Virus record (IMG/VR): IMGVR_UViG_3300017719_000001
Length of the DNA stretch: 58,559 nt
Source of the DNA: an uncultured virus (IMG/VR IMGVR_UViG_3300017719_000001)
Taxonomy: Duplodnaviria; Heunggongvirae; Uroviricota; Caudoviricetes
Reading direction: 5' to 3' (one strand)
Positions 18,366-27,226 of this stretch are shown here, in pieces. Below the pieces are notes generated by a model. That model was not told the origin of the DNA and did no database searches. It was given only the letters and a program-made list of their open reading frames with translations. The translations under genes and the position numbers were made by a program. How positions within the stretch are numbered: position 1 is the first letter of the stretch; each line of letters opens with the position of its first letter.

Positions 18366-19323
18366 TTGCTTCCTCCATTTCATTTATTACATTATCTTCG
18401 GGTTTGATTCTTACGAGTTTTAACCCATAGTTATCTGGCCCTTTAGGTATATTTAGTCCTTCTTTCAGCGTAGGTTTAATGCCTTTCTGAAATACTCTAT
18501 AGTCAACATGATGGTGATACCTACCCCATTTCTGTGTAATGTGAACTACATCCGGATGTTGATCCTTAAGTGATTGAGCAAATACAAGTCGGTTATCATA
18601 ATTTTCTCCACCTGCATCTTGAGTACTTCCACCCATTTTATCGACACCATAGACTTCAGCAGTATTACCACCTTTCATAGTCATAGTTGCAACTTTACCA
18701 CATAAGAAAGCATTATACAAGAATGTATGATAACCTGCTTTCATCACTTTAAGTGATAAATCAGTATCCTCATTATACCTACCACGCCATGAGAGCTCGG
18801 GGTATATGTCATTAGATAAACAAATACAACTATAAACTCTAGTGTTATGATAATAAGGAGGTCGTTTGGTAGTAGCTGGTGCAAAGAATGCATAGTTCAT
18901 ACCGAACATTTTAACATCTTCATATCTATCAGCAAAGTCTTCACATACTCTAAAACCTGTAGCATCAGTAATTTTTACTTTTTTGTTTTGATGTAAACGA
19001 TAGAAGTGTAAGATGTTATCATCTAAAATCCAGTGACGTTTATCACCATTGCTTTTAGAATGTTCCCATACAAAGTTACGAACAGGAATAGAACCACCTA
19101 AATGTCCAGTCACTTCACAGCGGTGAGCCCATTTTGGATTATCTCTAAAGCCCTCGGGTAATACAAGAATATTTTTAGGATCAATTACAGCACTATAAGC
19201 TGGGTATTCTGATTCTTCAATAACAATTGTATAAGGACAGTTCATTGCCTCAAGAGTTTTAACAGTGAGACGAGAATCTGCACGGCCTTTAGAAATTATA
19301 TAAATTGGATATTTGGGTTGCAT
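18355..19323 (-). CDS. GREB1/TAGT-like glycosyltransferase 2
   Basis: YPIYIISKGR, RNFVWEHS, HWILDDNI, WRGRYNEDTDLSL, TMKGGNT. Confidence 0.82.
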   Translation of the reverse strand: MQPKYPIYIISKGRADSRLTVKTLEAMNCPYTIVIEESEYPAYSAVIDPKNILVLPEGFRDNPKWAHRCEVTGHLGGSIPVRNFVWEHSKSNGDKRHWILDDNILHFYRLHQNKKVKITDATGFRVCEDFADRYEDVKMFGMNYAFFAPATTKRPPYYHNTRVYSCICLSNDIYPELSWRGRYNEDTDLSLKVMKAGYHTFLYNAFLCGKVATMTMKGGNTAEVYGVDKMGGSTQDAGGENYDNRLVFAQSLKDQHPDVVHITQKWGRYHHHVDYRVFQKGIKPTLKEGLNIPKGPDNYGLKLVRIKPEDNVINEMEEANEE

Positions 19324-19619
19324 TATTCCTCCTTGATGAAGATTCCATCAACCATTTTGCCTTTACGATCCTTAATATCATTATAGGCAACATTTAAACA
19401 GCTCTCCAATGTTAAGTTATTACGTTTAGCGATGTTAATTAAAATCACTAAACAATCACCAATATCATCAGAAATATCTTGTTGCTTACAAACATTATCA
19501 GATAATTCTCCAACCTCTTGAATGAGCTTTAATACTTGATCTTTATCAGTAGCACCATCAATCAGGTTACGATCAATGTGCCACTGTTCTGTTTTTTCAA
19601 TTACTTCTTGTAAGTTCAT
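19323..19619 (-). CDS. MazG-like nucleotide pyrophosphohydrolase
   Basis: LKLIQEVGEL...DDIGD...AYNDIKDRKG. Confidence 0.85.
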   Translation of the reverse strand: MNLQEVIEKTEQWHIDRNLIDGATDKDQVLKLIQEVGELSDNVCKQQDISDDIGDCLVILINIAKRNNLTLESCLNVAYNDIKDRKGKMVDGIFIKEE

Positions 19620-19915
19620 TAAGTGATAATCCCTTGCTCTGGCACAATAATGCCTGATTCGACAACACCTAGCTGTGTTTTAATTTGTGCAGCTAGCTCT
19701 TCAACTGGTTCTGTAACAAACATTACATGAGTGTCTTTAACTGTAACTCCAGTATCAGAACCAGTAGTATAAGGCATGAATGGCATAAATGCAATTTTAC
19801 CTTCTCCTCCTGGGATTAATACAAATGCATTAGTTAATGTATAAGATGATTCTTGTTCAGTTAATTCGCAAATGATTTCTTCACCTGAGATGAGTCTGAT
19901 TAGTTTTAGGTTCAT
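19619..19915 (-). CDS. Conserved T4-like hypothetical protein (Sm-like fold)
   Basis: LIRLISGEEII...FMPFMPY...SGIIVP. Confidence 0.7.
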   Translation of the reverse strand: MNLKLIRLISGEEIICELTEQESSYTLTNAFVLIPGGEGKIAFMPFMPYTTGSDTGVTVKDTHVMFVTEPVEELAAQIKTQLGVVESGIIVPEQGIIT

Positions 19916-19938
19916 AGTTTTCTCCATTTAATTAGTAT

Positions 19939-19968
19939 ATTATAACATATTTAGACTTGTTTGTAAAC
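19939..19968 (-). promoter_or_regulatory. Early sigma70-type promoter for the TAGT cluster
   Basis: GTTTACA-17-TATAAT. Confidence 0.75.
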
Positions 19969-19972
19969 CCTT

Positions 19973-22474
19973 TTATGCAAAAAAGTCTTCCAATGATTGG
20001 ACTTCTTCTGAATTCCAACCGACTGCTTTGAATATAGGATCTACGGGGTCAAGAAAAGTTTTCTGAAATTGGAGTTCATAATCAATGTATTTGTCTAAAG
20101 CAAACTCCTTAGGCAAATATTGGTTAAAGCCAATAACATTTTCTTTAATTGAGTTAGGAATTTTGAGATATACAAATTTAATTTTCTCGCCATTCTTAAT
20201 AGGTTCATACCGTTTGGTTAAGGAATGTTCTTTCAGCAATCTATTGTGCAGCAGAGCAGCACGAACATGGATTGGAGTACCTTTACGATATGTTAAAGTT
20301 TTATCTGCATAATCCGTGACATTAGACACACCACGAGGAAATGCAACTTCATGTGCAGGAAGAGTAAAGAAATAGTTTTTAAACTGTTCTACAGCCTGTT
20401 GAGTTTCTTTTTCACTGCCGCGGATAATAACTTTGAATAATTCCTTGAGTGCATCACGACATGGTGCAGGAGTAGAAGATTTGATAGCCTCAATACCCAT
20501 GATTTTGAGTTTAGGTTCCTTGTATCGGACACCCTCGTTATCATGCACATTTAGAATATATCTTTTCTTTGCAGTCCAGATGCCTTTATCTGCAATGGCC
20601 TCACGTTTCATAACCATTCTGTTTTCAATGCCACCCATAAGCTGGTAAAGATCATTGTATGATTTGGCAAGTACCGGTTCTAGTTTTTCTGAAGCAACAG
20701 TATCCAAGAAGTCAATAGGATTCTTAGGATTGAATTTTTTAACAAGGTCGCCAAGATTAACATAGAGTGAATCTGTATCAATAGCAATGATGTAATCCTT
20801 GTCAGTACCCATCATATTGTTGAGGTACTTATTAAGTGCAACTTCTGCCCAACGAATTGTCAGCTGACCTGATAGTGTAATGGCCTCTGCAATTCTCTGG
20901 TCAAAGAATCTGAAATATTTATTACCAAGAGCACCATACAAACTGTTAAGTAGAATCTTGATGGCCATCTGTTGGTTTTCTGCAACTTGAATTCTGCGTT
21001 CAATGTCATAGATATTTTGTTTATTAGCAGGGTCAGCAGTTTGTAGTTCTTTTTCTGCATCAAGCATGGCCTTTTTAATAACCACACGTTCACTGTACAT
21101 ATTATCTACAAGAGTAGGAAATACACCTTTCTTGTCTACATTAAACAACTGGCCGTTGCCGCCTGTGGCCTTGCCTTGATTATCGAATGTATATCCGTCT
21201 AGTATTTTATCAACATTAATGCCCACAACTTCGCCGTCAGCAATTGTTTCTGTAGACATATTGTATTGCATAATCAATGATGGATATAGTGAGTTAAGGT
21301 CAAATGACACTACGTAATCGGATAAGCCTACGTGCGGAGTTTTTACATAACCACCTGGGTAGTCAGACTTGAATTTATCTGTATAAAAGGGGATGGCAAC
21401 TTTTTGAGTCCATAAGTGACGATAGATGATTGATTCCCAGATGCCTGTCACGCCGAAAGTATCTGAATAATTAACGCCACCCTTGTATGCCATAGTCATC
21501 ATAAGAGTAATGAGGCCCATCTTGTCCTCTAGGCGTTCTACCAACTCAACGTCTTTGATATTATAGTCAATAAACTTTTGGTGATCTTGTTGGTAGAGTG
21601 TATGGAGATTACCATATTCCTCATAAGACAATTTCTTCTCGCCGAGGATTACACTAGAAATATGATTAAGTGAATATGATTCTTGAGCCGTGTAAGTATA
21701 TTTTTGGAATAGTTCCATATAGTCAGCAGTGTTAATGCCTTTGAGTTCGAATGCCTCTTGAACACGGTTCATTTGACGAACATTCTGGCGTTCTACCATA
21801 CCCCAAGGACTGAGGCGTTTAGTGGGTTCTTCGCCGAGTAGTTTTACACAACGATTAACAATATATGGAATATCAAAGAAACGCACATTCCAGCCTGTAA
21901 CCACATCAGGAGTATGTGATGGGGTTGACCAATGAGCAATGAATGCATGCATTAGTTGTAATTCTGAATCACACTTCTGATATACAACTCGGTTGGTAGT
22001 CATATATGATTTTTCTACATCATAATCATCAAGACCCCATACGTAGTAAGTATTGTCAATATTGTTTTTCATACAGATTGATATAATAGGATAATCTGCA
22101 GCGCCTGGTTCAGGGAATCCTTCATCTGAAGCAACCTCAATATCAATTGAAGTTACATTAATTTGGCTACGATTGAATTCAATGTCGCCTGGAAATTCAT
22201 CATTAATAAAGGCAGGAATATATCGGTCATTACCAAAGATTTGGCGTCCTGCCGTGTCTTTGTTTGTGGCAATCCATTCTTTAGCATCGCGCATAGAGTC
22301 CATCATAACTGGAGCACACTTGATACCATCAATAGATTTCCAAGTGCCTTTGGGTGTAGCTACAAAAAGAGTGGGTTGATATTTGATTCGTTTCTGGATT
22401 TTCTGGCCATCTTCATAGCCACGGTAAAGTAAGTTGTTACCATACCGAGATACATTAGTATAAAATTTTGTCAT
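19973..22474 (-). CDS. 43: Family B DNA polymerase gp43
   Basis: DIEV exonuclease, SFDLNSLYPS, KILLNSLYG, IDTDS, KKRY. Confidence 0.98.
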   Translation of the reverse strand: MTKFYTNVSRYGNNLLYRGYEDGQKIQKRIKYQPTLFVATPKGTWKSIDGIKCAPVMMDSMRDAKEWIATNKDTAGRQIFGNDRYIPAFINDEFPGDIEFNRSQINVTSIDIEVASDEGFPEPGAADYPIISICMKNNIDNTYYVWGLDDYDVEKSYMTTNRVVYQKCDSELQLMHAFIAHWSTPSHTPDVVTGWNVRFFDIPYIVNRCVKLLGEEPTKRLSPWGMVERQNVRQMNRVQEAFELKGINTADYMELFQKYTYTAQESYSLNHISSVILGEKKLSYEEYGNLHTLYQQDHQKFIDYNIKDVELVERLEDKMGLITLMMTMAYKGGVNYSDTFGVTGIWESIIYRHLWTQKVAIPFYTDKFKSDYPGGYVKTPHVGLSDYVVSFDLNSLYPSLIMQYNMSTETIADGEVVGINVDKILDGYTFDNQGKATGGNGQLFNVDKKGVFPTLVDNMYSERVVIKKAMLDAEKELQTADPANKQNIYDIERRIQVAENQQMAIKILLNSLYGALGNKYFRFFDQRIAEAITLSGQLTIRWAEVALNKYLNNMMGTDKDYIIAIDTDSLYVNLGDLVKKFNPKNPIDFLDTVASEKLEPVLAKSYNDLYQLMGGIENRMVMKREAIADKGIWTAKKRYILNVHDNEGVRYKEPKLKIMGIEAIKSSTPAPCRDALKELFKVIIRGSEKETQQAVEQFKNYFFTLPAHEVAFPRGVSNVTDYADKTLTYRKGTPIHVRAALLHNRLLKEHSLTKRYEPIKNGEKIKFVYLKIPNSIKENVIGFNQYLPKEFALDKYIDYELQFQKTFLDPVDPIFKAVGWNSEEVQSLEDFFA

Positions 22475-22502
22475 AGATATTAGTCACCTTCATAATATGT
22501 AT

Positions 22503-22532
22503 ATTATATCACAAATAACAATAAATGTAAAC
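22503..22532 (-). promoter_or_regulatory. Early sigma70-type promoter for gene 43
   Basis: GTTTACA-17-TATAAT. Confidence 0.75.
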
Positions 22533-22579
22533 ACTTTTATGTACGAAAAAGTGTATTTTTTTGGCAGTTTTTTGTACGT

Positions 22580-22606
22580 AAAAGTGGGGCAATTTCTTAC
22601 CCCCGC
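22580..22606 (-). terminator. Intrinsic terminator after the hsp20 operon
   Basis: GCGGGGGUAAG-AAA-UUGCCCCAC hairpin followed by UUUU. Confidence 0.55.
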
Positions 22607-22625
22607 ATGATTTTCAAATAGAGAC

Positions 22626-22766
22626 CTAAAAATGAGAAGCTTGTAAATATATTACTAATGGTGCTAATCCGAGGATTACGGTACCAGTTAGTGTTAATAC
22701 AAGAATTCCATTTAGGGTCTCTGCTATATCTTCATATTTGTCCATAAAATGTACTATATGTTTCAT
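22626..22766 (-). CDS. Small single-TM protein (46 aa)
   Basis: Not in track; MKHIVHFMDKYEDIAETLNGILVLTLTGTVILGLAPLVIYLQASHF; GGAG SD. Confidence 0.65.
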   Translation of the reverse strand: MKHIVHFMDKYEDIAETLNGILVLTLTGTVILGLAPLVIYLQASHF

Positions 22767-22774
22767 AACATTTG

Positions 22775-22826
22775 CTCCAGTAAAAAAGTTAATTACTTAT
22801 CTACTGAGTTTCGCTGCTCACCGGAA
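22775..22826 (-). promoter_or_regulatory. Candidate three-way-junction RNA occluding an SD
   Basis: UUCCGG/CUGGAG closing stem with UGAG/CUCA and GUAGAUAAG/CUUUUUUAC arms. Confidence 0.4.
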
Positions 22827-22827
22827 T

Positions 22828-23286
22828 CTATTCTTGAATAAATTCCTTCTTCTTTGATGCCCCAGCAGACCCTATTTCGATCTTCCTAGGACGCCTCTCT
22901 TCGGGAACCTCAACTCTGGCATAAACCACGAGTATACCGTTCTCTAAATCGGCACCGTCAATTACAACAAATTCAGAGAGTCGGAAGCTCTTCTCAAACT
23001 TGCGGGACGAGATACCCTTGAATGCGTATTCCCTTTTTTCATCAGATTCTACTCTGCCCTTCACCTTTAAAATACCATCCTTGACTTCAAGACTAATATC
23101 TTTTTCTGTGAACCCAGCCACTGCTAATTCAATGTGGAATTTCTCCTCATCAATTTTTACAATGTTATGGGGTGGGTAATTATCGTTTCCTGATCTAGCA
23201 GAATTGTGAATTCCTTCTAGTTCATCAAACAAACTTTCGAAGCCTACGAACAAAGAACGCGGCACATTTAAAGTACTTCTAACCAT
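22828..23286 (-). CDS. Small heat shock protein Hsp20 (IbpA-like)
   Basis: NYPPHNI, IELAVAGF, GISSRKFEKSF, ADLENGIL. Confidence 0.95.
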   Translation of the reverse strand: MVRSTLNVPRSLFVGFESLFDELEGIHNSARSGNDNYPPHNIVKIDEEKFHIELAVAGFTEKDISLEVKDGILKVKGRVESDEKREYAFKGISSRKFEKSFRLSEFVVIDGADLENGILVVYARVEVPEERRPRKIEIGSAGASKKKEFIQE

Positions 23287-23352
23287 TGTTTCCTCCTATT
23301 AATTAAGCAAGGTTATTTACTAACGAGACCCGAACCATTCGGCATCTCGGTT
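23287..23352 (-). promoter_or_regulatory. ROSE-like RNA thermometer in the hsp20 leader
   Basis: 5' hairpin CGAGA.CCGAA/UUCGG.UCUCG, then CCUUGCU paired against AGGAGG SD with bulged G. Confidence 0.65.
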
Positions 23353-23353
23353 T

Positions 23354-23361
23354 TATTTATA
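23354..23361 (-). promoter_or_regulatory. T4-type late promoter (hsp20)
   Basis: TATAAATA. Confidence 0.75.
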
Positions 23362-23401
23362 CACTTTTTCTCATAGATTGTGATAAAATGTAAAAATAAT
23401 T

Positions 23402-24490
23402 TTAATATCCACAGTGTTTTTCTGATGCAGCGGCCGCAGGATAATTAACTAAACCTAAAGTATCAGGTACGTAATTAACGCCGTCGTGCTCGGCAAACAG
23501 TGTTGGAAATTCTAGGTAAGGTATTTCTAAATCTTCGTGGAGTTTACCAGCAGTTTCATACTCTTCGTATTTGTCTCCTGCATCCTCCATCCAATCTAGG
23601 TAACCTCTACCGTGATTCATATCATTTGCAATTTGTACAATACCACCAACTCGTTGATCATAAACATAAGTTGGATATACTTCATGCAAGGTTTTCATTG
23701 TCAGATTACCTTGTGCAAATTCATGTTTTAGATCGAAGTAATTCATTACATCTTCTCCGACTAAAATATCTTCTTTAAATCTTGTAAGGCCCGCAGCCTT
23801 CTTTGAATACCAAATAACTCTACAGTGTGTTTCCCACTTATTAATATACTTAAATTCATAAGTAATTAATCTTTTATGGGCTTCAGATAGTGCTCTTAAA
23901 TAAGGACTTCCCTTTTCAAAGTATTCCCCTCTCATTGCTCTATCCCACCATTCCCATGGTCTGTTAAAGCATCTATATCCCAAACCTTGAATACATTCAG
24001 CATTGTAAATATCTTCAGCAAATTGAGCTGCAGAATAGATATTTTCAGACTCGGATAATGGACCGTATCCCTCATTTGGAACAATGCCATATTGGTAATC
24101 TAGTACTACAACATCCGGCGGAGTTTCATCATCAAGACCATATACTGTTGGATTAGCAATCATCTTATGAACATGAATACCGTGTGGGGTAATCATATCA
24201 TCACCATCAACTTGAATACAATAATCATCATCTGATGCAAGGAAAGCATCTAGTACGGCGTTTTTACCTTTTGAAGGTCCACCGTTACTTTCTGATGTAT
24301 TATATTCAATACCTTCAGATTCAAGCCATGCAATTGCTTCGGCCTGGAAATCTTCGTCTCTAGTATTAATTACATAGTAAACATCATCTTTAGTAATTTG
24401 CTGACTATATGTTCCATCCCACATTCTAGCATGGCGCTTAACTTGAGCAATGCCTCTGGTAATCAGAATATAATATCGAAGTTTATTCAT
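23402..24490 (-). CDS. Putative GT-A fold glycosyltransferase
   Basis: ESNGGPSKGKNAVL, IQVDGDD (DxD), VGED. Confidence 0.55.
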   Translation of the reverse strand: MNKLRYYILITRGIAQVKRHARMWDGTYSQQITKDDVYYVINTRDEDFQAEAIAWLESEGIEYNTSESNGGPSKGKNAVLDAFLASDDDYCIQVDGDDMITPHGIHVHKMIANPTVYGLDDETPPDVVVLDYQYGIVPNEGYGPLSESENIYSAAQFAEDIYNAECIQGLGYRCFNRPWEWWDRAMRGEYFEKGSPYLRALSEAHKRLITYEFKYINKWETHCRVIWYSKKAAGLTRFKEDILVGEDVMNYFDLKHEFAQGNLTMKTLHEVYPTYVYDQRVGGIVQIANDMNHGRGYLDWMEDAGDKYEEYETAGKLHEDLEIPYLEFPTLFAEHDGVNYVPDTLGLVNYPAAAASEKHCGY

Positions 24491-24494
24491 TTAA

Positions 24495-25034
24495 TTAACC
24501 TATCGGCTTGATTGGCCAAATAACGCTATTGGGAAAGGTTTCTTGATCTGTAATATCTCTAAGTGCTTGTCTATAATTAATTATTTCTGTACTAGGTGAT
24601 CTATCAGATACCGCTTCCATATCGGTTATTGCTAGTTGCATATCTCGTCTGTGCCTGATATTTCTTGCTTTTTCTTCAGCAGTATAAGCAACTTTTACAT
24701 AGGTCTTATATTTGGTTGTTTCGTCTTCGGTCCAAGCTTCTTCAAGTCGTTCATAAAGTGCATTAAACTCTGGAGCATCTTCTACTTGGATATTTTTAAT
24801 AGTTCCACTAGATTCAGCTAATACAAAAGGGTCAACTGCAACAAAATTTTGCCAAAAGATTGCTGCGTTTTCAGCCATGTCTTCAGCAACTTCGTGTACT
24901 TGAGCTTCTGTAAAGTTTTCTGGAAGACTAGCCATTGTATACCAATTAGGTAGAGATTCGTCACTATGAATGTATTCTAAGTTTATTGATAATCCAAGTG
25001 GATCAAGTCTTCTTATATTATAAGTTATTGCCAT
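24495..25034 (-). CDS. Phage tail (fibre) assembly chaperone-like protein
   Basis: C-terminal RHRRD..LA.TD...YRQALRDIT.Q.TFP..V.WP.KP. Confidence 0.8.
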   Translation of the reverse strand: MAITYNIRRLDPLGLSINLEYIHSDESLPNWYTMASLPENFTEAQVHEVAEDMAENAAIFWQNFVAVDPFVLAESSGTIKNIQVEDAPEFNALYERLEEAWTEDETTKYKTYVKVAYTAEEKARNIRHRRDMQLAITDMEAVSDRSPSTEIINYRQALRDITDQETFPNSVIWPIKPIG

Positions 25035-25047
25035 TATTAATTTTCTC

Positions 25048-25728
25048 CTAAGTAAATTCTACGTATACGTAATAAGGTGTCACGGTAGCATTGGCTTTTA
25101 TTAACGACGCTACGTTTGCGGCATTGACCGCGGCCGTGGTGTTAACACCCGCAAATCCAAATCTATAACCATATACTGTAGGGCTCGTATTTGGTAGCGC
25201 AGTAAAATTAACAGCATCTGTTCTATTAATTGTAATACCACTGGTTAAGTCTGCTCTATATGGAGGAGAACTTTGATGATCATAAAATGTGGCCGAAGTC
25301 CAACCACCATTGGTCGAGCTGCTGCCGCCATAAAAACCTATTGTAAGATAATCATAGTACCCGTCATTCATTACGATACATGAAAGAGTCCTACTACCGG
25401 ATGCAAGTGCACTATTTCGAGTTGATGTTCCGAAAGCAGTACCAGACTGCCCACTCTCGGACATAAAATAAAAGTATCCGTTAGTTTTGGAATAACCATA
25501 TCTGAGATAGCTATCATTATTAGGTCGAACGGCAAGTCGAGTTGTTTTTATACTAGTGCCATAAAAATCAGCAAAATCAACTGCAGTACCAACTGCGTTT
25601 CCATAACTCGGTTGATTTACAGGATCGGCTGCCATGTAGTCATCTATTTCTACAGGCGGATAAGAATATCCACCAAATTCGTTTGAAATGTCAAACATGG
25701 ACATTGTGCCTGATGATTGTAGTGCCAT
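25048..25728 (-). CDS. Putative virion structural/fibre-associated protein
   Basis: MALQSSGTMS..DI.NEFGG...DFADFYG N-terminus typical of fibre-associated proteins; S/T/G/Y-rich; late promoter. Confidence 0.65.
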   Translation of the reverse strand: MALQSSGTMSMFDISNEFGGYSYPPVEIDDYMAADPVNQPSYGNAVGTAVDFADFYGTSIKTTRLAVRPNNDSYLRYGYSKTNGYFYFMSESGQSGTAFGTSTRNSALASGSRTLSCIVMNDGYYDYLTIGFYGGSSSTNGGWTSATFYDHQSSPPYRADLTSGITINRTDAVNFTALPNTSPTVYGYRFGFAGVNTTAAVNAANVASLIKANATVTPYYVYVEFT

Positions 25729-25756
25729 ATATAAATTCTCCTATTCTCTTATAATA

Positions 25757-25764
25757 TATTTATA
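25757..25764 (-). promoter_or_regulatory. T4-type late promoter
   Basis: TATAAATA just after the regA stop. Confidence 0.75.
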
Positions 25765-25769
25765 AGGCT

Positions 25770-26195
25770 TTATTCCTTATTTGAATTACCTATATTATAT
25801 TTTGGGCATAATTCCCATTGTGTCTTTTCTTTAAATGGAATAACTTTAATCTGTCTTAAAGGTGCACATGGAGTTGAGACTTTAGTATTAATAATACTTA
25901 CTAATCCCCAATCTGCTAGTAATGTAGCAATTGTGTTCCTACGTTCTAAGTCGTTTTCGATTAAATTACTTGGTTTACCATCTAACAGAAATAGCTCTTT
26001 AAAATGCACAATGAAATACCTGCCTTGTTTATGCAGAATATGACATGATTGGAATAGCTTTTGATCTTTCCTAGAGGCAACACCAATTCGTGTTAATGTT
26101 TCTCTAATTTTTAAAAAATCATCTGGTTCGTTGAGGGAGACTTCAAGCATTTCTGCTGGAGTCCAATTTTTGACTTCTTTATTTTCGTTTTCCAC
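25770..26195 (-). CDS. regA: Translational repressor RegA
   Basis: PDDFLKIRETLTRIG, SCHILHKQGRYFIVHFKELF, W.L.PKY.IG. Confidence 0.97.
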   Translation of the reverse strand: MENENKEVKNWTPAEMLEVSLNEPDDFLKIRETLTRIGVASRKDQKLFQSCHILHKQGRYFIVHFKELFLLDGKPSNLIENDLERRNTIATLLADWGLVSIINTKVSTPCAPLRQIKVIPFKEKTQWELCPKYNIGNSNKE

Positions 26196-26559
26196 CTTTA
26201 TAAATCCTATTTTTCAATTCGTTAATTTTTTCATCATTTAATAATTTTAATACGGACTTAGCCTTTTCATTACTATATCCATAATATTCTTTGATGAGAT
26301 CCAAATCAGAAACTTCCGATGGCTTCATCCATTTGGACCATCTTTTCTGTTTCCTGATTATATTTATAAAAAAATCATACTGAAGGCGGCTGTCTATAGT
26401 ATGATGTATATTCATCTCATTAGCAAATAGTACCGTATCATTGTGATAGGATAATGAACGATTTATAATAAAAGCATTGTAATTCTTTTCGGCAATATCA
26501 TCAACCATGATGCCTTTCTTGCCGTATGTTATATCGTTTACATAATCAAATGGGGACAT
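26179..26559 (-). CDS. 62: Clamp loader small subunit gp62
   Basis: FIINRSLS...FANEMN...QYDF..KEYYGYS; located between 44 and regA. Confidence 0.92.
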   Translation of the reverse strand: MSPFDYVNDITYGKKGIMVDDIAEKNYNAFIINRSLSYHNDTVLFANEMNIHHTIDSRLQYDFFINIIRKQKRWSKWMKPSEVSDLDLIKEYYGYSNEKAKSVLKLLNDEKINELKNRIYKGGKRK

Positions 26560-26956
26560 GGGTTACCTCAATATCACATTTATGCAGGAAATCAACTCCT
26601 GCTGTTGAACGCATGTGGTCGTTTGCATAATAAACTTTACTTATACCCGATTGATATATCAGTTTAGCACAATCAATGCAAGGAGCATAGGTTGTATAAA
26701 TGTCAGCACCTTCACATGATTCTGCTGATCGGGCCACTTTAGCAATAGCATTTGTTTCTGCATGCAAGACTTCTGGTTTAGTAACATTATCAACTTCGCA
26801 TGTGTTATCCCAGCCCGCTGGCATTCCATTATATCCAACAGATATAATTCTGTTATCTTTTACGATAGCAGCGCCGACTTGAGCACGTTGTGCATGGGAT
26901 AACTTGCCAAAAATATTAGCAGTTTCCATGAATGCACGTTTCCACTTATTTACCAT
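26546..26956 (-). CDS. cd: dCMP deaminase
   Basis: GYNG.P, HAE, PCIDC zinc motifs; likely start MVNKWK. Confidence 0.92.
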   Translation of the reverse strand: MVNKWKRAFMETANIFGKLSHAQRAQVGAAIVKDNRIISVGYNGMPAGWDNTCEVDNVTKPEVLHAETNAIAKVARSAESCEGADIYTTYAPCIDCAKLIYQSGISKVYYANDHMRSTAGVDFLHKCDIEVTHVPI

Positions 26957-27114
26957 TGATGTATCACTCCTGCTATAATAAAGAAACAAGTTAGAAAATT
27001 TACTAGGACAATCACACTTCGCATTAAAGCAATTACATCTGCTTCATGGTCAGTGGTACCAGACTTTTCGCCTAGGGATTTTGCCCACAATTTCCAATAC
27101 TTATTTCTTTTCAT
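26950..27114 (-). CDS. Small membrane protein (54 aa)
   Basis: Not in track; MKRNKYWKLWAKSLGEKSGTTDHEADVIALMRSVIVLVIFLTCFFIIAGVIHQW. Confidence 0.65.
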   Translation of the reverse strand: MKRNKYWKLWAKSLGEKSGTTDHEADVIALMRSVIVLVNFLTCFFIIAGVIHQW

Positions 27115-27226
27115 CTTCTAGTTCTTTTATCTTATCTTGCAACTCTACAATTCTGGCATATGCCTTATAGAGTTGTTCATTTAAATCAGCAATTGTCTTT
27201 TCTACTGCGTCTGTATGTTTATGCAT
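27101..27226 (-). CDS. Small coiled-coil protein (41 aa)
   Basis: Not in track; TAATG coupling to the gene 44 stop; MHKHTDAVEKTIADLNEQLYKAYARIVELQDK... Confidence 0.6.
   Translation of the reverse strand: MHKHTDAVEKTIADLNEQLYKAYARIVELQDKIKELEDEKK

Noticed and set aside
19973..22474. Introns or inteins in gene 43 (also checked 41, 17, 23, thyX)
   Set aside because: ORFs are continuous and of normal length, with no intein-like insertions
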